A program made the position numbers and the translations under genes. From an uncultured Acidimicrobiales bacterium (GTDB lineage: Bacteria > Actinomycetota > Acidimicrobiia > Acidimicrobiales > DATKAS01), in NCBI GenBank assembly GCA_963739555.1, contig CAVUAV010000011.1, positions 92,558 to 156,557 of the forward strand: a stretch of DNA of 64,000 nucleotides, in the 5' to 3' direction. This document shows, one piece after another, positions 1-9,826 of this stretch; the first letter of the stretch is position 1; every line of letters starts with the position of its first letter. Under the pieces are notes generated by a model. The model did no database searches and was not told the DNA's origin. It saw only the letters and a list, made by a program, of their open reading frames with translations.

Positions 1-1
1 A

Positions 2-307
2 CCCGTGCGACAGGATCAGCGGCAGCGCGCCGTCGTGCGGCGAACGCACGTGCACGAAGTGGATGTCGAGCCCGTCGACCTCAGTGACGTGCTGGCTGAA
101 GCGGTTCAGCTGCGCTTCGCGCGCCCGCCAGTCGTAGGTCTCGGCCCAGTACGACGCGACCTCGCGGACGTAGCCGAGGGGGATGCCCTGCGACCAGTCG
201 TCGACGACCTCGGCATCTCCCCATCGCGTGTTGCGAAGACGGGCGCGGAGGTCTTCGAGGTCGCTGTCGGGGACGCTGATCGTGAACGGACGGACCGAAG
301 CGCTCAT
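2..307 (-). CDS. Epoxide hydrolase, N-terminal part (runs off the window edge)
   Basis: Hand translation from ATG at 307: MSASVRPFTISVPDSDLEDLRARLRNTRW...DWSQGIPLGYVREVASYWAETYDWRAREAQLNRF...DGLDIHFVHVRSPH...LPLILSHG, which is the EHN domain signature. Not in the ORF track. Confidence 0.9.
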   Translation of the reverse strand, partial: MSASVRPFTISVPDSDLEDLRARLRNTRWGDAEVVDDWSQGIPLGYVREVASYWAETYDWRAREAQLNRFSQHVTEVDGLDIHFVHVRSPHDGALPLILSHG

Positions 308-325
308 GCCTCGGACCGTAGAGCG

Positions 326-1242
326 TCAGAACGCGATGGGCGACTTGATCGCGATCTTGTAGCCCGAGCTGACCGAGCCCGAGACCGTCGGCACCTCGTT
401 CGTGGTGCCGTCGCTGAACACCATGTCGGTCGACAGTGACACCTGCGAGTAGCTGTCCTGGCTGCCGGTGTACTGCGAGGTCGCGTAGACCGCGGTGTTC
501 ACGTCATCGGGCAGCGCGAGCTGCGAGGTGGCGACCTTGTTCGACGCAGAGGTGATCGCGTCGACGCTCGGGTACACCTCGTAGTGGATGTGAGGCCAGC
601 GCCCCGAGTAGCACGCCGGGTAGACGCTGGTGAATTTCACGAGACCACTCGCGTCGGTGACCTGCACGCCGCGCAGGTAGTTCTGATCGGTGACCCCGTT
701 CGAGTACATCGAGTAGCGGCCCTCGGCGTCGCAGTGCCACACGTACACGGCTGCGCCTTGCACTGCCTTGTTCGTCGCCACATCCACGATCGTCATCTCG
801 AGGTCGACCGGCACCCCGTCGGCGGTGCCGGATGCGCCGCCGAAGCTCGACCGGATGTCGCTGCGGACGATCCCGCTCTGGTTCAGCGCGTTCGCGCCGT
901 TGCTGCCGTCGCCCGGGAACGGGCCGGCGGTCTCCTCCGGCACGGCTGACAGTCCCGTGTCGGCATTCGTCGTGGTCGCCGCGGCCGAGCCTGCACCGCC
1001 GGGTGGGGCGCCGCCGTGGCGGCGGTCCACCGGGTCCACCACTCGGCTGCGCGGAGGGCTGCGTGGTCGGGCGTCGCTGTCGTCGCCGCCGACGCTGCCC
1101 CGGAGTCGTCTGCCTGCCGCAGGCCGCCAGGAATGCAGCGGCTCCGGCCCCGACGGCGAGCCCGAGCATCCGGCGGCGGGTGAAGATCGTGCCGACGTCG
1201 TACGCCAGACCCTCGTCGGTCGTCGCGGTGGTCGTCAGTCAT
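326..1242 (-). CDS. Intradiol ring-cleavage dioxygenase-like protein, Tat-exported lipoprotein (frameshifted)
   Basis: Motifs WHCDAEGRYSMY, YLRGVQVTD and YSGRWPHIH in ORF 326..1042. The N-terminus with TRRRMLG and lipobox LAAC is spread over ORFs 883..1242 and 504..1169. Confidence 0.8.
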
Positions 1243-1331
1243 GCGGCGAGTATGCCCAGCGACGCTCGCGGCCAGCGCTCGCCCGGCCGCCTTCTTACGA
1301 ACCTTTCGCGTCGTGTGCCAAAGTTCATGGC

Positions 1332-3042
1332 GTGACGGGGGACCATTCGCAGGACTACTACGACGAGATCAAGCAGCGGTTCGCCGAGGAGCGCGACCTG
1401 CGCCTCGCGTACCGACCCGAGGGAACAGCACAGTTCACCTCCGAGCTGACGGGCGACTTCGCCCGGTACGCGGCTGATCCATACGTCGAGGACGTGATCG
1501 CGCGCGATCCCATCGACGACGAGGTCGAGGTGCTGTTCATCGGCGGAGGGTTCTCCGCGCTGCTGACCGCCGCACGTTTGCGCGAGGTCGGCGTCGAGTC
1601 GATCCGGATCGTGGAGCGCGGTGGCGACGTCGGGGGCACGTGGTACTGGAACCGCTACCCAGGCGTCGCATGCGACGTGATCGCGTACGACTATCTCCCT
1701 CTGCTCGACGAGATGGGCTATGTCCCGACCCGGCACTACGCAGAGGGATGGGAGATCCTCGAGCACTGCCGCGCGATCGCTCGCCGTTACGACCTGTACG
1801 AGCTCGCGGTGTTCCAGACGACGGTGAGCTCCACGGTCTGGCACGAGGACGAACAGCTGTGGCACCTCACGACCGACCGCGGCGACACGATGCGAGCGCG
1901 GTTCGTGATCTGCGCGAACGGCACACTCTCGAAGCCGAAGCTGGCCAAGATCGCCGGCATGGAGACGCTTCACGGGCTACTCGTTCCACACGTCCCGCTG
2001 GGACTACGAGTACACGGGGGCGAACCTCGAGAACCTCGGCGACAAGGTCGTCGGCATCATCGGCACGGGCGCAACCGCAGTGCAGGCGATCCCGAACCTC
2101 GCGGCGAACTCGAAGGAGCTCTACGTCTTCCAGCGCACACCGTCTTCGATCGACATCAAGAACGACTGGGAGACCGATCCCGAGTGGGCCGCGAAGCTCA
2201 AGCCGGGATGGCAGGCGAAGCGCCGTCAGAAGGCGATGACGACGCCCCTGATGAGTCAGGTGCAGATCGACGAGCGCGCCGCGACATCACGTGAAGAGAA
2301 GATCCGGCGCCAGGAGAACGCCAATATCGACTACATGATGCGGATCCATCGCCGCATCGACGAGATCGTCGAGGACAAGGCGACCGCCGACGCGTTGAAG
2401 CCCTGGTACATGTTCATGTGCAAGCGGCCGTGCTTCCACAACGAGTACTTGCCGTCGTTCAACCGCCCGAACGTCCACCTCGTCGACACACACGGCAAGG
2501 GCATCACCGAGATCGGCGCAAAGGGCCCGATCTTCGAAGGCGTCGAGTACGAGCTCGACTTGCTGATCTACGCGACCGGTTTCGAGGTGCAGAAGACCGG
2601 CATCTGGAACCAGATCGTCGGTGACAACGGCGTCGAGCTGAACGACAAGTACCGAGACGGCGTGCGCACGCTCCTCGGCATCCACTCGAACCACTACCCG
2701 AACCTCTTCATCATGGGTGGGTACCAGGCGTCGTTCAACTTCAACCTGACCGATGTGCTGCAGGCGCAGGGAGATCACATCGCCGCGTGCATCGACTACG
2801 TGCGCCGCAACGGCCACACGACGATCGACGTCACCCACGACGCCGAGGAGTGGTGGGTGCAAGAGGTCATCGAGCATCGAGGCAAGACCTCGCGCAACGC
2901 CGAGTGCACGCCCGGCTACTACAACTTCGAGGGAGAGTTCAACCGCCGGCAGGACGGCAACTACAACGGCGGCTTCCCGAAGTACATCGAGCACATGTCA
3001 TCCGTCCGCGACGACATGGAGCGCCACTTCACCTTCACCTGA
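1332..3042 (+). CDS. Baeyer-Villiger / flavin-containing monooxygenase (frameshift near 1965)
   Basis: IGGGFSAL and [15 protein letters not shown], then FHTSRW fingerprint, [13 protein letters not shown] and YATGF. Joins the 3' part of ORF 768..2294 to ORF 2080..3042. Confidence 0.9.
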
Positions 3043-3105
3043 CCCGAACCCCGGTCGGGATTGGGCACTTGCCCGCAGAATGAGGCTCCGAGTGCCCAAT
3101 CTCGG
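3043..3105. repeat. REP-like palindrome between convergent genes (copy 1)
   Basis: CCCGAACC followed by CGGGATTGGGCACT-N21-AGTGCCCAATCTCG. Shares its terminal motifs with the element at 14187-14250. Confidence 0.65.
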
Positions 3106-3110
3106 CGTGA

Positions 3111-3878
3111 TCAGAGCCCGGACATGACTCGCCGGTACAAGGGCCGGGGAAGTGCTCGGGCGGCCGCTGTCATGACGCGCACCATCGGTGGAGACCACAC
3201 GACCGCGGACCCCCTCTCGAGGCCGCGGATCACGTCGCGTGCGACGTCGTCCGGAGTCGTCGCATACGGCGCGGGCGTCAGGCCCCGAGTCATGGGTGAG
3301 TGCACGAAGCCGGGCCGCACGATCGTGACGTCGACACCGGAGCCGTACAGCTCGAGCGCCAGACCTCGGGCGAACGAGTCGAGCCCAGCCTTCGCCGAGG
3401 CGTACGCGGCCTGACGCGCCCGAGGCAGCAGGGCGGCCGCGCTGGAGAGCACGACGACGCGCCCTTGGCCCTGGGCCGTCATCCTCGTCGCGACGAGACG
3501 AAGGATCGACACCCCTCCGAGGTAGTTGGTGGTCGCGACGGTGACCGCGTCGTCGTGGGGGTCAAGGGCATCGCTGACACCCATGACACCGAACGCGACG
3601 AGCACCAAGTCGAACCGGCGCTTGTCACTCCAAACGCCCTGAAGGAACCCGGCATGGGCCGCGGTGTCGCACGCGTCGAATCGCACGGACGCGAGCGAGA
3701 TCTCACGGTGCGCGGCATTCAGCGAGTCGAGCCACGGCTCGAGCTCGAGCGGTCGCCGGGCCGCGAGCACGACGTCGGTCGTGCCCCGGTCGACAAGGCG
3801 CGAGACGATGCTCTGCGCGATCGCCGAGCCCGCGCCGAGGACGAGCACCGAGTCGGGGATGCCGGTGCCATCGATCAT
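3111..3878 (-). CDS. dprE2: Decaprenylphosphoryl-2-keto-ribose reductase-like SDR
   Basis: MIDGTGIPDSVLVLGAGSAIA start, YASAK catalytic motif and VRPGFVHSPMT. Directly downstream of the dprE1 and ubiA homologues. Confidence 0.75.
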   Translation of the reverse strand: MIDGTGIPDSVLVLGAGSAIAQSIVSRLVDRGTTDVVLAARRPLELEPWLDSLNAAHREISLASVRFDACDTAAHAGFLQGVWSDKRRFDLVLVAFGVMGVSDALDPHDDAVTVATTNYLGGVSILRLVATRMTAQGQGRVVVLSSAAALLPRARQAAYASAKAGLDSFARGLALELYGSGVDVTIVRPGFVHSPMTRGLTPAPYATTPDDVARDVIRGLERGSAVVWSPPMVRVMTAAARALPRPLYRRVMSGL

Positions 3879-5216
3879 GCGTCGGCCTCGAGAAGATGGA
3901 GACGGCGTGCGAGGTCTGAGCACATCAGCCCCGCAGGATCGGCGCGCCGGCGGACCGCGCACCACTCTTCGAGACGCGGGTACATCGCCCGCAGCGTGTT
4001 CGGTCGCAATCTGCTGTCCTTCGCGAGGTACACGCGCCCTCCGGCCAGTGCGGTGATGGAGTCGAGCCGCCCGAGAAGCGCCCCGAGCTCGGGCGCCGCC
4101 GCCGGCAAGATCGATGGCGATGGTCCAACCGTCGATGGGGAACGACAGCGGCCCCGGGTTGCCGGTCCCGAAGCGCTTGAGCGAGACCAGCGGCGAGACG
4201 ACCTCGTGTCGCCGGTACGAGGCGAGGACGTCGGCAAGCGCGTCCTCACTTCCACGCGGAAGCACGCCCTGCCATTGGATCAACCCACGCCGGCCGAACA
4301 GCCGGTTCCAGCTTCCGAGCCGGTCGAACGGAAAGAGGAAGGCCTCGAGGCGCACCGTGCGCTCGGTCGGACCCGGTGCCGCCATCCGCCAGTACGACGT
4401 GGAGGCCATCCGGATGAGCGACGGACGCATCACTCCGAGCGCCGGCCCCGATTCGGACCCGTCGTTCGCAGATGGCGCCCGCCGCGCCGGCGAGTGCCCG
4501 GCCTCGGCCAGTGCCGGCTCGCCGCACGTGATCACGCCGCGGCCCATCCGATCGGGTGGCGCACACGGGTCCAGCCACGCCATCGCGTGCTGGTGCGCGC
4601 TCCGGTCGAGGATGCGCAACGTCTCACCGAGGACTTCGGTCCTCCAGGTGACGGTCTCGAACCATGGGGTGCGCAGCGGGACGAGCCGCAGCGTCGCACC
4701 GGTGATGACACCGGTGAGCCCCATGCCCCCAGCCGTGGCCCAGAACAGGTCAGGGTCGCCGTGTGCGTCGACGACCCGAGGCCCTTCCGAAGTCACGAGG
4801 CCAAAGGCCTCCACAGAGCCCGCGAACGAACCGACCGCGCGGTGGTTCTTGCCGTGCACATCCGACGCGATGGCCCCGCCGACGGTGACGTGCTGCGTGC
4901 CCGGGACGACGGGGAGCATCCACCCCGCGGGGACCGTGCGAGCGAGGATCGCTCCCAACGTCGCACCCGCGCTTGCCGTGACGGTGCCGCACCGTTCGTC
5001 GATGGGACCGATCGATCGAAGTCCTCGGAGGTCCGCGACGTGGCCACCCGCGTTCAGCGCGGCATCGCCGTATGAGCGACCGGCCCCGCGTGCGATGAGG
5101 CGTCCGTGCGGCCGCGCCTGCACGAGCTTTGCGACGTCGGAGTCGGTTTGCGGCTCGTCGACCGTGGCAGCGCTGTGCGTGGCTCGACCCCACCCGGACA
5201 GCACGCGATTGCTCAT
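3875..5216 (-). CDS. dprE1: Decaprenylphosphoryl-ribose 2'-oxidase-like FAD oxidoreductase (frameshift near 4095)
   Basis: LSGWGR, GAGRSYGDAA, PVVPGTQHVTVGGAIASDVHGKNH and LSFPIDGWT. The C-terminus GGRVYLAKDS...SDLARRL is in ORF 3875..4255. Confidence 0.85.
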
Positions 5217-5223
5217 CGAGTGC

Positions 5224-6123
5224 TCACCACAGATACAGCCCGGCGACGAGCAGGAACGCGACCACGGCCCCCGCGGCCAAGAGCCCGGGGTCAGCGAGGA
5301 GGCGCTCGGGATCGACTCCCTCGCCGCGAACGACGAGCTGCGTGGCTCGGAGCATCCCCACGGTGAACGGCAGCACCGAACACGCGACCCACGGGATGCC
5401 ACCTTCGGCAACGTCGATCGTGAAGGCCCACTCCGCGTACGACAGCAGTGTCGCGGTGAGGCTCGCCGCGACGAGCTGACTGGTGAAGTCGGGCGTGTAG
5501 GCAGTGAGGGTCGATCGGTACGGCCGCGCGTCCTCGTCGAGGGCGAGGTGGTCACCGTGACGCTTCCCTACGACGATGAACAGAGCGGCGAATGACGCGA
5601 CGAGCAGAAACGAGGGACTGACGGCAACGGGCACCGCGACGGCGCCTGCGATGGCGCGCAGGAGATAGCACGAGGCGACCGCGGCGACGTCCACGACTGG
5701 GATCATCTTGAGCCACAGGGAGTAGGCCACCGTCAACGCGATGTACGTGACGACGACCGAGGCGAACGCAAGGCCGAGCACGGTGCTCAGTCCCAAGGCG
5801 CCGGCGAGCAACCCGATGCCGAGGATCAGCGCGAGCGGTGCGGGAAGAAGTCCGGCCGCGACTGGGCGCAGTCGCTTCGTCGGATGGAGGCGATCGGCCG
5901 CGATGTCGGACACGTCGTTCACGAAGTACGTGCCCGACGCGGCGATGCACAGCACCACGAACGCGACCGCGACGTGCTCGAGCGCAGTCCGTTGGCGGAG
6001 GACCTCGGCGGCGAGCGGTGCCGCGAGCACGAGCGCGTTCTTCACCCACTGACGCGGCCGCGCCGTGACGACGATGGCATGGAGAAGTGCGATCGGCCGA
6101 TGCTGCCGGACGAGAAGGAGCAT
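5224..6123 (-). CDS. ubiA: Decaprenyl-phosphate phosphoribosyltransferase (UbiA family)
   Basis: ARPRQWVKN, YFVNDVSDIAADRLHPTKRLRPVAAG and YSLWLK, with multiple TM segments. The true start may be near 6148 across a frameshift. Confidence 0.85.
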   Translation of the reverse strand: MLLLVRQHRPIALLHAIVVTARPRQWVKNALVLAAPLAAEVLRQRTALEHVAVAFVVLCIAASGTYFVNDVSDIAADRLHPTKRLRPVAAGLLPAPLALILGIGLLAGALGLSTVLGLAFASVVVTYIALTVAYSLWLKMIPVVDVAAVASCYLLRAIAGAVAVPVAVSPSFLLVASFAALFIVVGKRHGDHLALDEDARPYRSTLTAYTPDFTSQLVAASLTATLLSYAEWAFTIDVAEGGIPWVACSVLPFTVGMLRATQLVVRGEGVDPERLLADPGLLAAGAVVAFLLVAGLYLW

Positions 6124-6144
6124 CGAGCTCGATCGCCGAGGTCC

Positions 6145-8057
6145 TCATCGAGAGAAGACCGCTACGAAGTCGCGTTGGTCGGGCACGAGATAGCGATTCG
6201 CCGGAGTCGGCATGTCCGGGCTCAGCCGGTGGCCCACGGGCGCGGCCTGGCCGCGCCGGATGGGTGAAGAGGTTGTAGACGACCATCTTCTTGTGGATGT
6301 CGAGCTCCATGGCCCGCACTGCGCCAGCGGCGTGCAACGCTTCGGCGAGCACGTCGAGCGTGAGCTGGTTCCCGCTCGCATAGAGCACATGTCCCTGCGC
6401 GTCGACGCCGACGGCGGAGCGCCAGGTCGGGAGTGTGCTTCGAATGCCGCCCCACAGCCCACCCACGTTGTGCCGGAGCCCGGGCACCACCGCGCCGCCG
6501 TCGACGATGAGATGGAGGTTCTGCCGCACCTCGGTGACATCGGGACCGAGCTGCGCGTCTCGCCCCCACATCGCGACAGTTGCGCTGCCGTCGGTGTGCA
6601 CGACGAACGACGCGATCCCGTCCTGAAGGGTGCCCGCCGTGTGACCCTCTTCGAGCGCGCCGCCTGGGGTGTCGCGCATCTTGTAGCCGGAGTTGAACGC
6701 GGCGAGAAGCTGGCTCTGCAGATCGACGGGCACCTGCGCGCCCGCGGGCCCTGATCCTCCGCCGGGCTGCCGCGTGCCGGCGATGACCATGAAGCGGACG
6801 GTCGCGGGATCCATCCATGCGAGCGAGACGGTCAGATCCGGATGCGCGGGGTCAGGGCGCACCCGTGTCGTCGCGATCTCGATCCGCCCGTCTGGGGCAG
6901 CCTGCTCAGTGGTCCACTGGCCCTCGCCAGGGAGAGCAGGACTGAGGATGGGCGGGACGGCGGACGGCCCCGAGGGCGTGGGGATACCCGGGACCGTCGC
7001 GCCGTCCTGTGGTGGAGGGCTCGCCTGTGCTGGAGGGCTCGCCTGTGCTGGCGGGCTCGCGAGCCTGCGCTCGGGGGCGACGGGCGGTGCCGGAAGCGAT
7101 CTGAGTGTGTCCTTCGTGGACGGTGGGTGCTTCCAGAGCCACCAAGCCTCGGCTCGGTCGACGACGCTCGTGAACCCGTGGCCCTTCAACCAGTCGACCG
7201 TCCGTACGTCGACGGTCGCGTAGCCAGGCGCCCGCAACGCGCTCACGTAGGACGAACCGATCGCGGCGAAGACCGCGACCAGCGGGAGCACCGCCAGCCT
7301 CTGGGGGACTGTCAATGGGACTCGGCGTCGTTTCCGCGGCCGCTCCGTGCGCGGCACCGGCATGAGAGCCACGACGACGACGAGCGCGACGACGACCCCC
7401 GTGACGACGCCGGCGAGCACGTCGGTGATCCAGTGCACACCGAGGACGAGCCTCGACAATGACGCGATCACAGCGGTCACGAGGACTGCGGGCACGAGCC
7501 ATCGAGGCGTTCGCGGCCCGACCGACGCGAGCGGCCACGACCACGACGCTCACGGCCAACGCAGCAGTGGTCGCTGCGTGCGCGGAAGGAAACGAGAAGC
7601 CGGTGTCGACCACGGCTCGCAGCGCGGCGTCAGGCCTCGGCCGGACGACACTGATCTTCACGAGGTAGTCGAGCATCCCTGCGATGACGACGGCGGCGAG
7701 CGGCACCCCGACAACGACCCGCCGGCCCACTTCGCGCAGGAGCCAGACTCCGGCGAGAACCGCACCGACAAGCACCCCGACCGTCCCGGTCACGATGCCG
7801 ATCGCCTCCGCGGTCCAGACCAGCGCGATGTCTCGGTTCGCGGCGAACCACCGGGCGACGTTGAGGTCCAGATGCGACGCGTATCCCGTGCCGTCGGGCG
7901 TGGCGAGCTCGACCCCGGCAAACCACAGGAGGACACCAAAGACCACGAGCGCGAGCGCCGCGAGCGCGATCCTCAGCATCCAGCGCACGGCAGGGGGTCG
8001 CCGGTGAACGACAGGGACGTCGACGACTGGGTCGACCGCGTCCATCACATCGGTCAC
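6145..8057 (-). CDS. PAP2 phosphatase fused to a phosphodiester glycosidase (NAGPA-like) domain (frameshifts near 7500 and 6240)
   Basis: PAP2 motifs KISVVRPRP, SFPSAHA and SRLVLGVHWITDV; then a TM segment and Pro-rich linker; then LLAAFNSGYK, VRQNL, TWRSAVG and RAMELDIH, ending RDFVAVFSR. Confidence 0.7.
7013..7060. repeat. 18-bp coding tandem repeat (about 2.6 copies) encoding ASPPAQ
   Basis: tggagggctcgcctgtgc occurs twice, followed by tggcgggctcgc, within the Pro-rich linker. Confidence 0.8.
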
Positions 8058-8090
8058 GTGAGGAACGTAGGGATCAATGTGTAAAGGAAC

Positions 8091-8110
8091 GGCGAGGCTG
8101 CGGTTATCTG
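8091..8110 (-). promoter_or_regulatory. Candidate response-regulator site upstream of the PAP2-ubiA-dprE operon
   Basis: ggcgaggctgcggttatctg matches 9030-9049 (gccaaggtgtcggttacctg) at 14/20 positions; shared core CGGTTAyCTG. Confidence 0.4.
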
Positions 8111-8126
8111 CAGGGAAAACCTGGGG

Positions 8127-8954
8127 CTAGGTCACCAGCGACGCGTAGAACCGCAGGTACTCCGATGTGTGCGACCGCCAGTATGCGCGGTCGTGCCCGC
8201 CAGGCGCCTCGACGAGGTCGGCGCTTCCTCCCGCCGCTACGACACGGGTCGCGAAGTGCTCGACTCCGGGCCTGAGAGCGTCCTTGGCGCCGACGTCGAG
8301 CCGGATCGGACCGGACTCGCCGCTCAGTCGAGCTGCCATCGCGTCGTCGCCCGTTCCGACCGCCGGGCTGTGGCCGCCGACTCCCGAGAAGACGCCGGGA
8401 TGCATCGCGACTGCCAGGAGCGCCACTCTCCCGCCGCGTGAGATCCCACCGACCGCACGATCGGCGGAGTCCGGCAGGGTGCGATACGTCTGGTCCGCCC
8501 ACGGCACGAGACGATCGACGAGATCGGCAGCGAGCCCGTCCGCCATCGTGGCTCCGCCGTCGGGCATGACGACGATCATCGGAGGGATCGCGCCAGTCGT
8601 GATGAGGGCGTCAGCCATGGTCGTGAGGCCGATCGCTGGCCATTGCGTCGCATCGGCGCCCGCGCCATGCAACAGGAACACGACGGGGAAGCGGCGCTGG
8701 GGGTCGCGCGCGTAGCACGCCGGCAGGTACACGCTCGCGAGACGCGCTCCCGGTGCACCGAACGGAGCCTCGATCTGCTCGACGGTGCCCGTGCCGGCGC
8801 AGTCCGACGCCACGCTCGCGACAACCGGCGGCGAGGTCGACATGGCTCGTGCACCGGTGGTGGGCACCGTGGGTGGGCTCGAGGTCTGAGCGGCAGCACA
8901 CGCGGTGATCGCGCACGTCGCGGCCATGCACACCACGAGCGTCGCGGCTTTCAT
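8127..8954 (-). CDS. Secreted/lipoprotein esterase (Fes / antigen-85-like alpha/beta hydrolase)
   Basis: Signal peptide with lipobox-like AITAC, VYLPACY, FPVVFLLHG, nucleophile GISRGG and GGHDRAYW. Confidence 0.8.
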   Translation of the reverse strand: MKAATLVVCMAATCAITACAAAQTSSPPTVPTTGARAMSTSPPVVASVASDCAGTGTVEQIEAPFGAPGARLASVYLPACYARDPQRRFPVVFLLHGAGADATQWPAIGLTTMADALITTGAIPPMIVVMPDGGATMADGLAADLVDRLVPWADQTYRTLPDSADRAVGGISRGGRVALLAVAMHPGVFSGVGGHSPAVGTGDDAMAARLSGESGPIRLDVGAKDALRPGVEHFATRVVAAGGSADLVEAPGGHDRAYWRSHTSEYLRFYASLVT

Positions 8955-9029
8955 CGAGTGACCGTACGGCTCCCCCGGTAAGCCATCGGTGAACAGCAAC
9001 CCTGTGACTTTGCTCTCCGCTATCCGGGA

Positions 9030-9049
9030 GCCAAGGTGTCGGTTACCTG
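9030..9049 (-). promoter_or_regulatory. Candidate response-regulator site in the divergent esterase / response regulator region
   Basis: Second copy of the CGGTTAyCTG motif also seen at 8091-8110. Confidence 0.4.
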
Positions 9050-9135
9050 TGCCTCCGTACCTTCCCCGATGGAGTGCGCTCGCTATGGCGGGGCATGAGC
9101 AGAGCGCGGCCTCCGCGGGGCCTAGCGTCTCGCTC

Positions 9136-9813
9136 GTGGCTGAGCGGATCCTCATCGTCGAGGATGACGACAGCATCGCGACGAACCTCGCGCGAGCGCT
9201 CACCGCAAACGGCTACACGGCTACACGGTCCGCCACTGGCGCCGAGGCGCTGACCCTCGCCCCCGACTCTGACCTCGTGCTCCTCGACCTCGGGCTGCCC
9301 GACATCGACGGTCTCGAGGTGTGCAGGCAGATGCGCGCGACCGACGCCACCCTCCCGATCCTCATGCTCACTGCTCGGCAGGAAGAGATCGACGTCGTCG
9401 TCGGCCTCGACGCCGGTGCCGTCGACTACGTGACGAAGCCCTTCCGTCTCGCCGAGCTCCTCGCCCGCATCCGTGCACAGCTGCGCCGTCCCGATGCGAA
9501 CCACGAGCCCGCGGAGCTGGCAGTCGGAGACCTCGTCGTCGACCGGGCGTCCAGACGGGTGTGGGTCGACGGAGACGAAGTCGACTTGCGGGCGAAAGAG
9601 TTCGATCTGCTCGCTGTGCTGGTCGCTCAGGTCGGGAGCGTGATCACGCGCGAGGACCTCATGTCCGAGGTGTGGGATGAGCACTGGTTCGGATCGACCA
9701 AGACGCTCGACGTGCACATCGCGGCGCTGCGACGCAAGCTCGATGACTGCTCCGACGGCCCCAGTCGGATCACGACGCTTCGGGGTGTCGGTTACCGGTT
9801 CGAGGCGCCATGA
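9136..9813 (+). CDS. OmpR-family response regulator
   Basis: ILIVEDD, LLDLGLPDIDG and DYVTKPF; winged helix TKTLDVHIAALRRKL...TLRGVGYRF. Confidence 0.95.
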   Translation: MAERILIVEDDDSIATNLARALTANGYTATRSATGAEALTLAPDSDLVLLDLGLPDIDGLEVCRQMRATDATLPILMLTARQEEIDVVVGLDAGAVDYVTKPFRLAELLARIRAQLRRPDANHEPAELAVGDLVVDRASRRVWVDGDEVDLRAKEFDLLAVLVAQVGSVITREDLMSEVWDEHWFGSTKTLDVHIAALRRKLDDCSDGPSRITTLRGVGYRFEAP

Positions 9814-9826
9814 GACGACGGATCCC

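Noticed and set aside
3111-5555. 814-aa ORF suggesting a DprE1-DprE2 fusion
   Set aside because: Artefact of the frameshift near 4095. The true DprE1 C-terminus is in another frame (3875..4255) and DprE2 has its own overlapping ATG.
7013-7060. Tandem repeat as a contingency or phase-variation locus
   Set aside because: The 18-bp unit preserves frame and only lengthens a Pro-rich linker.
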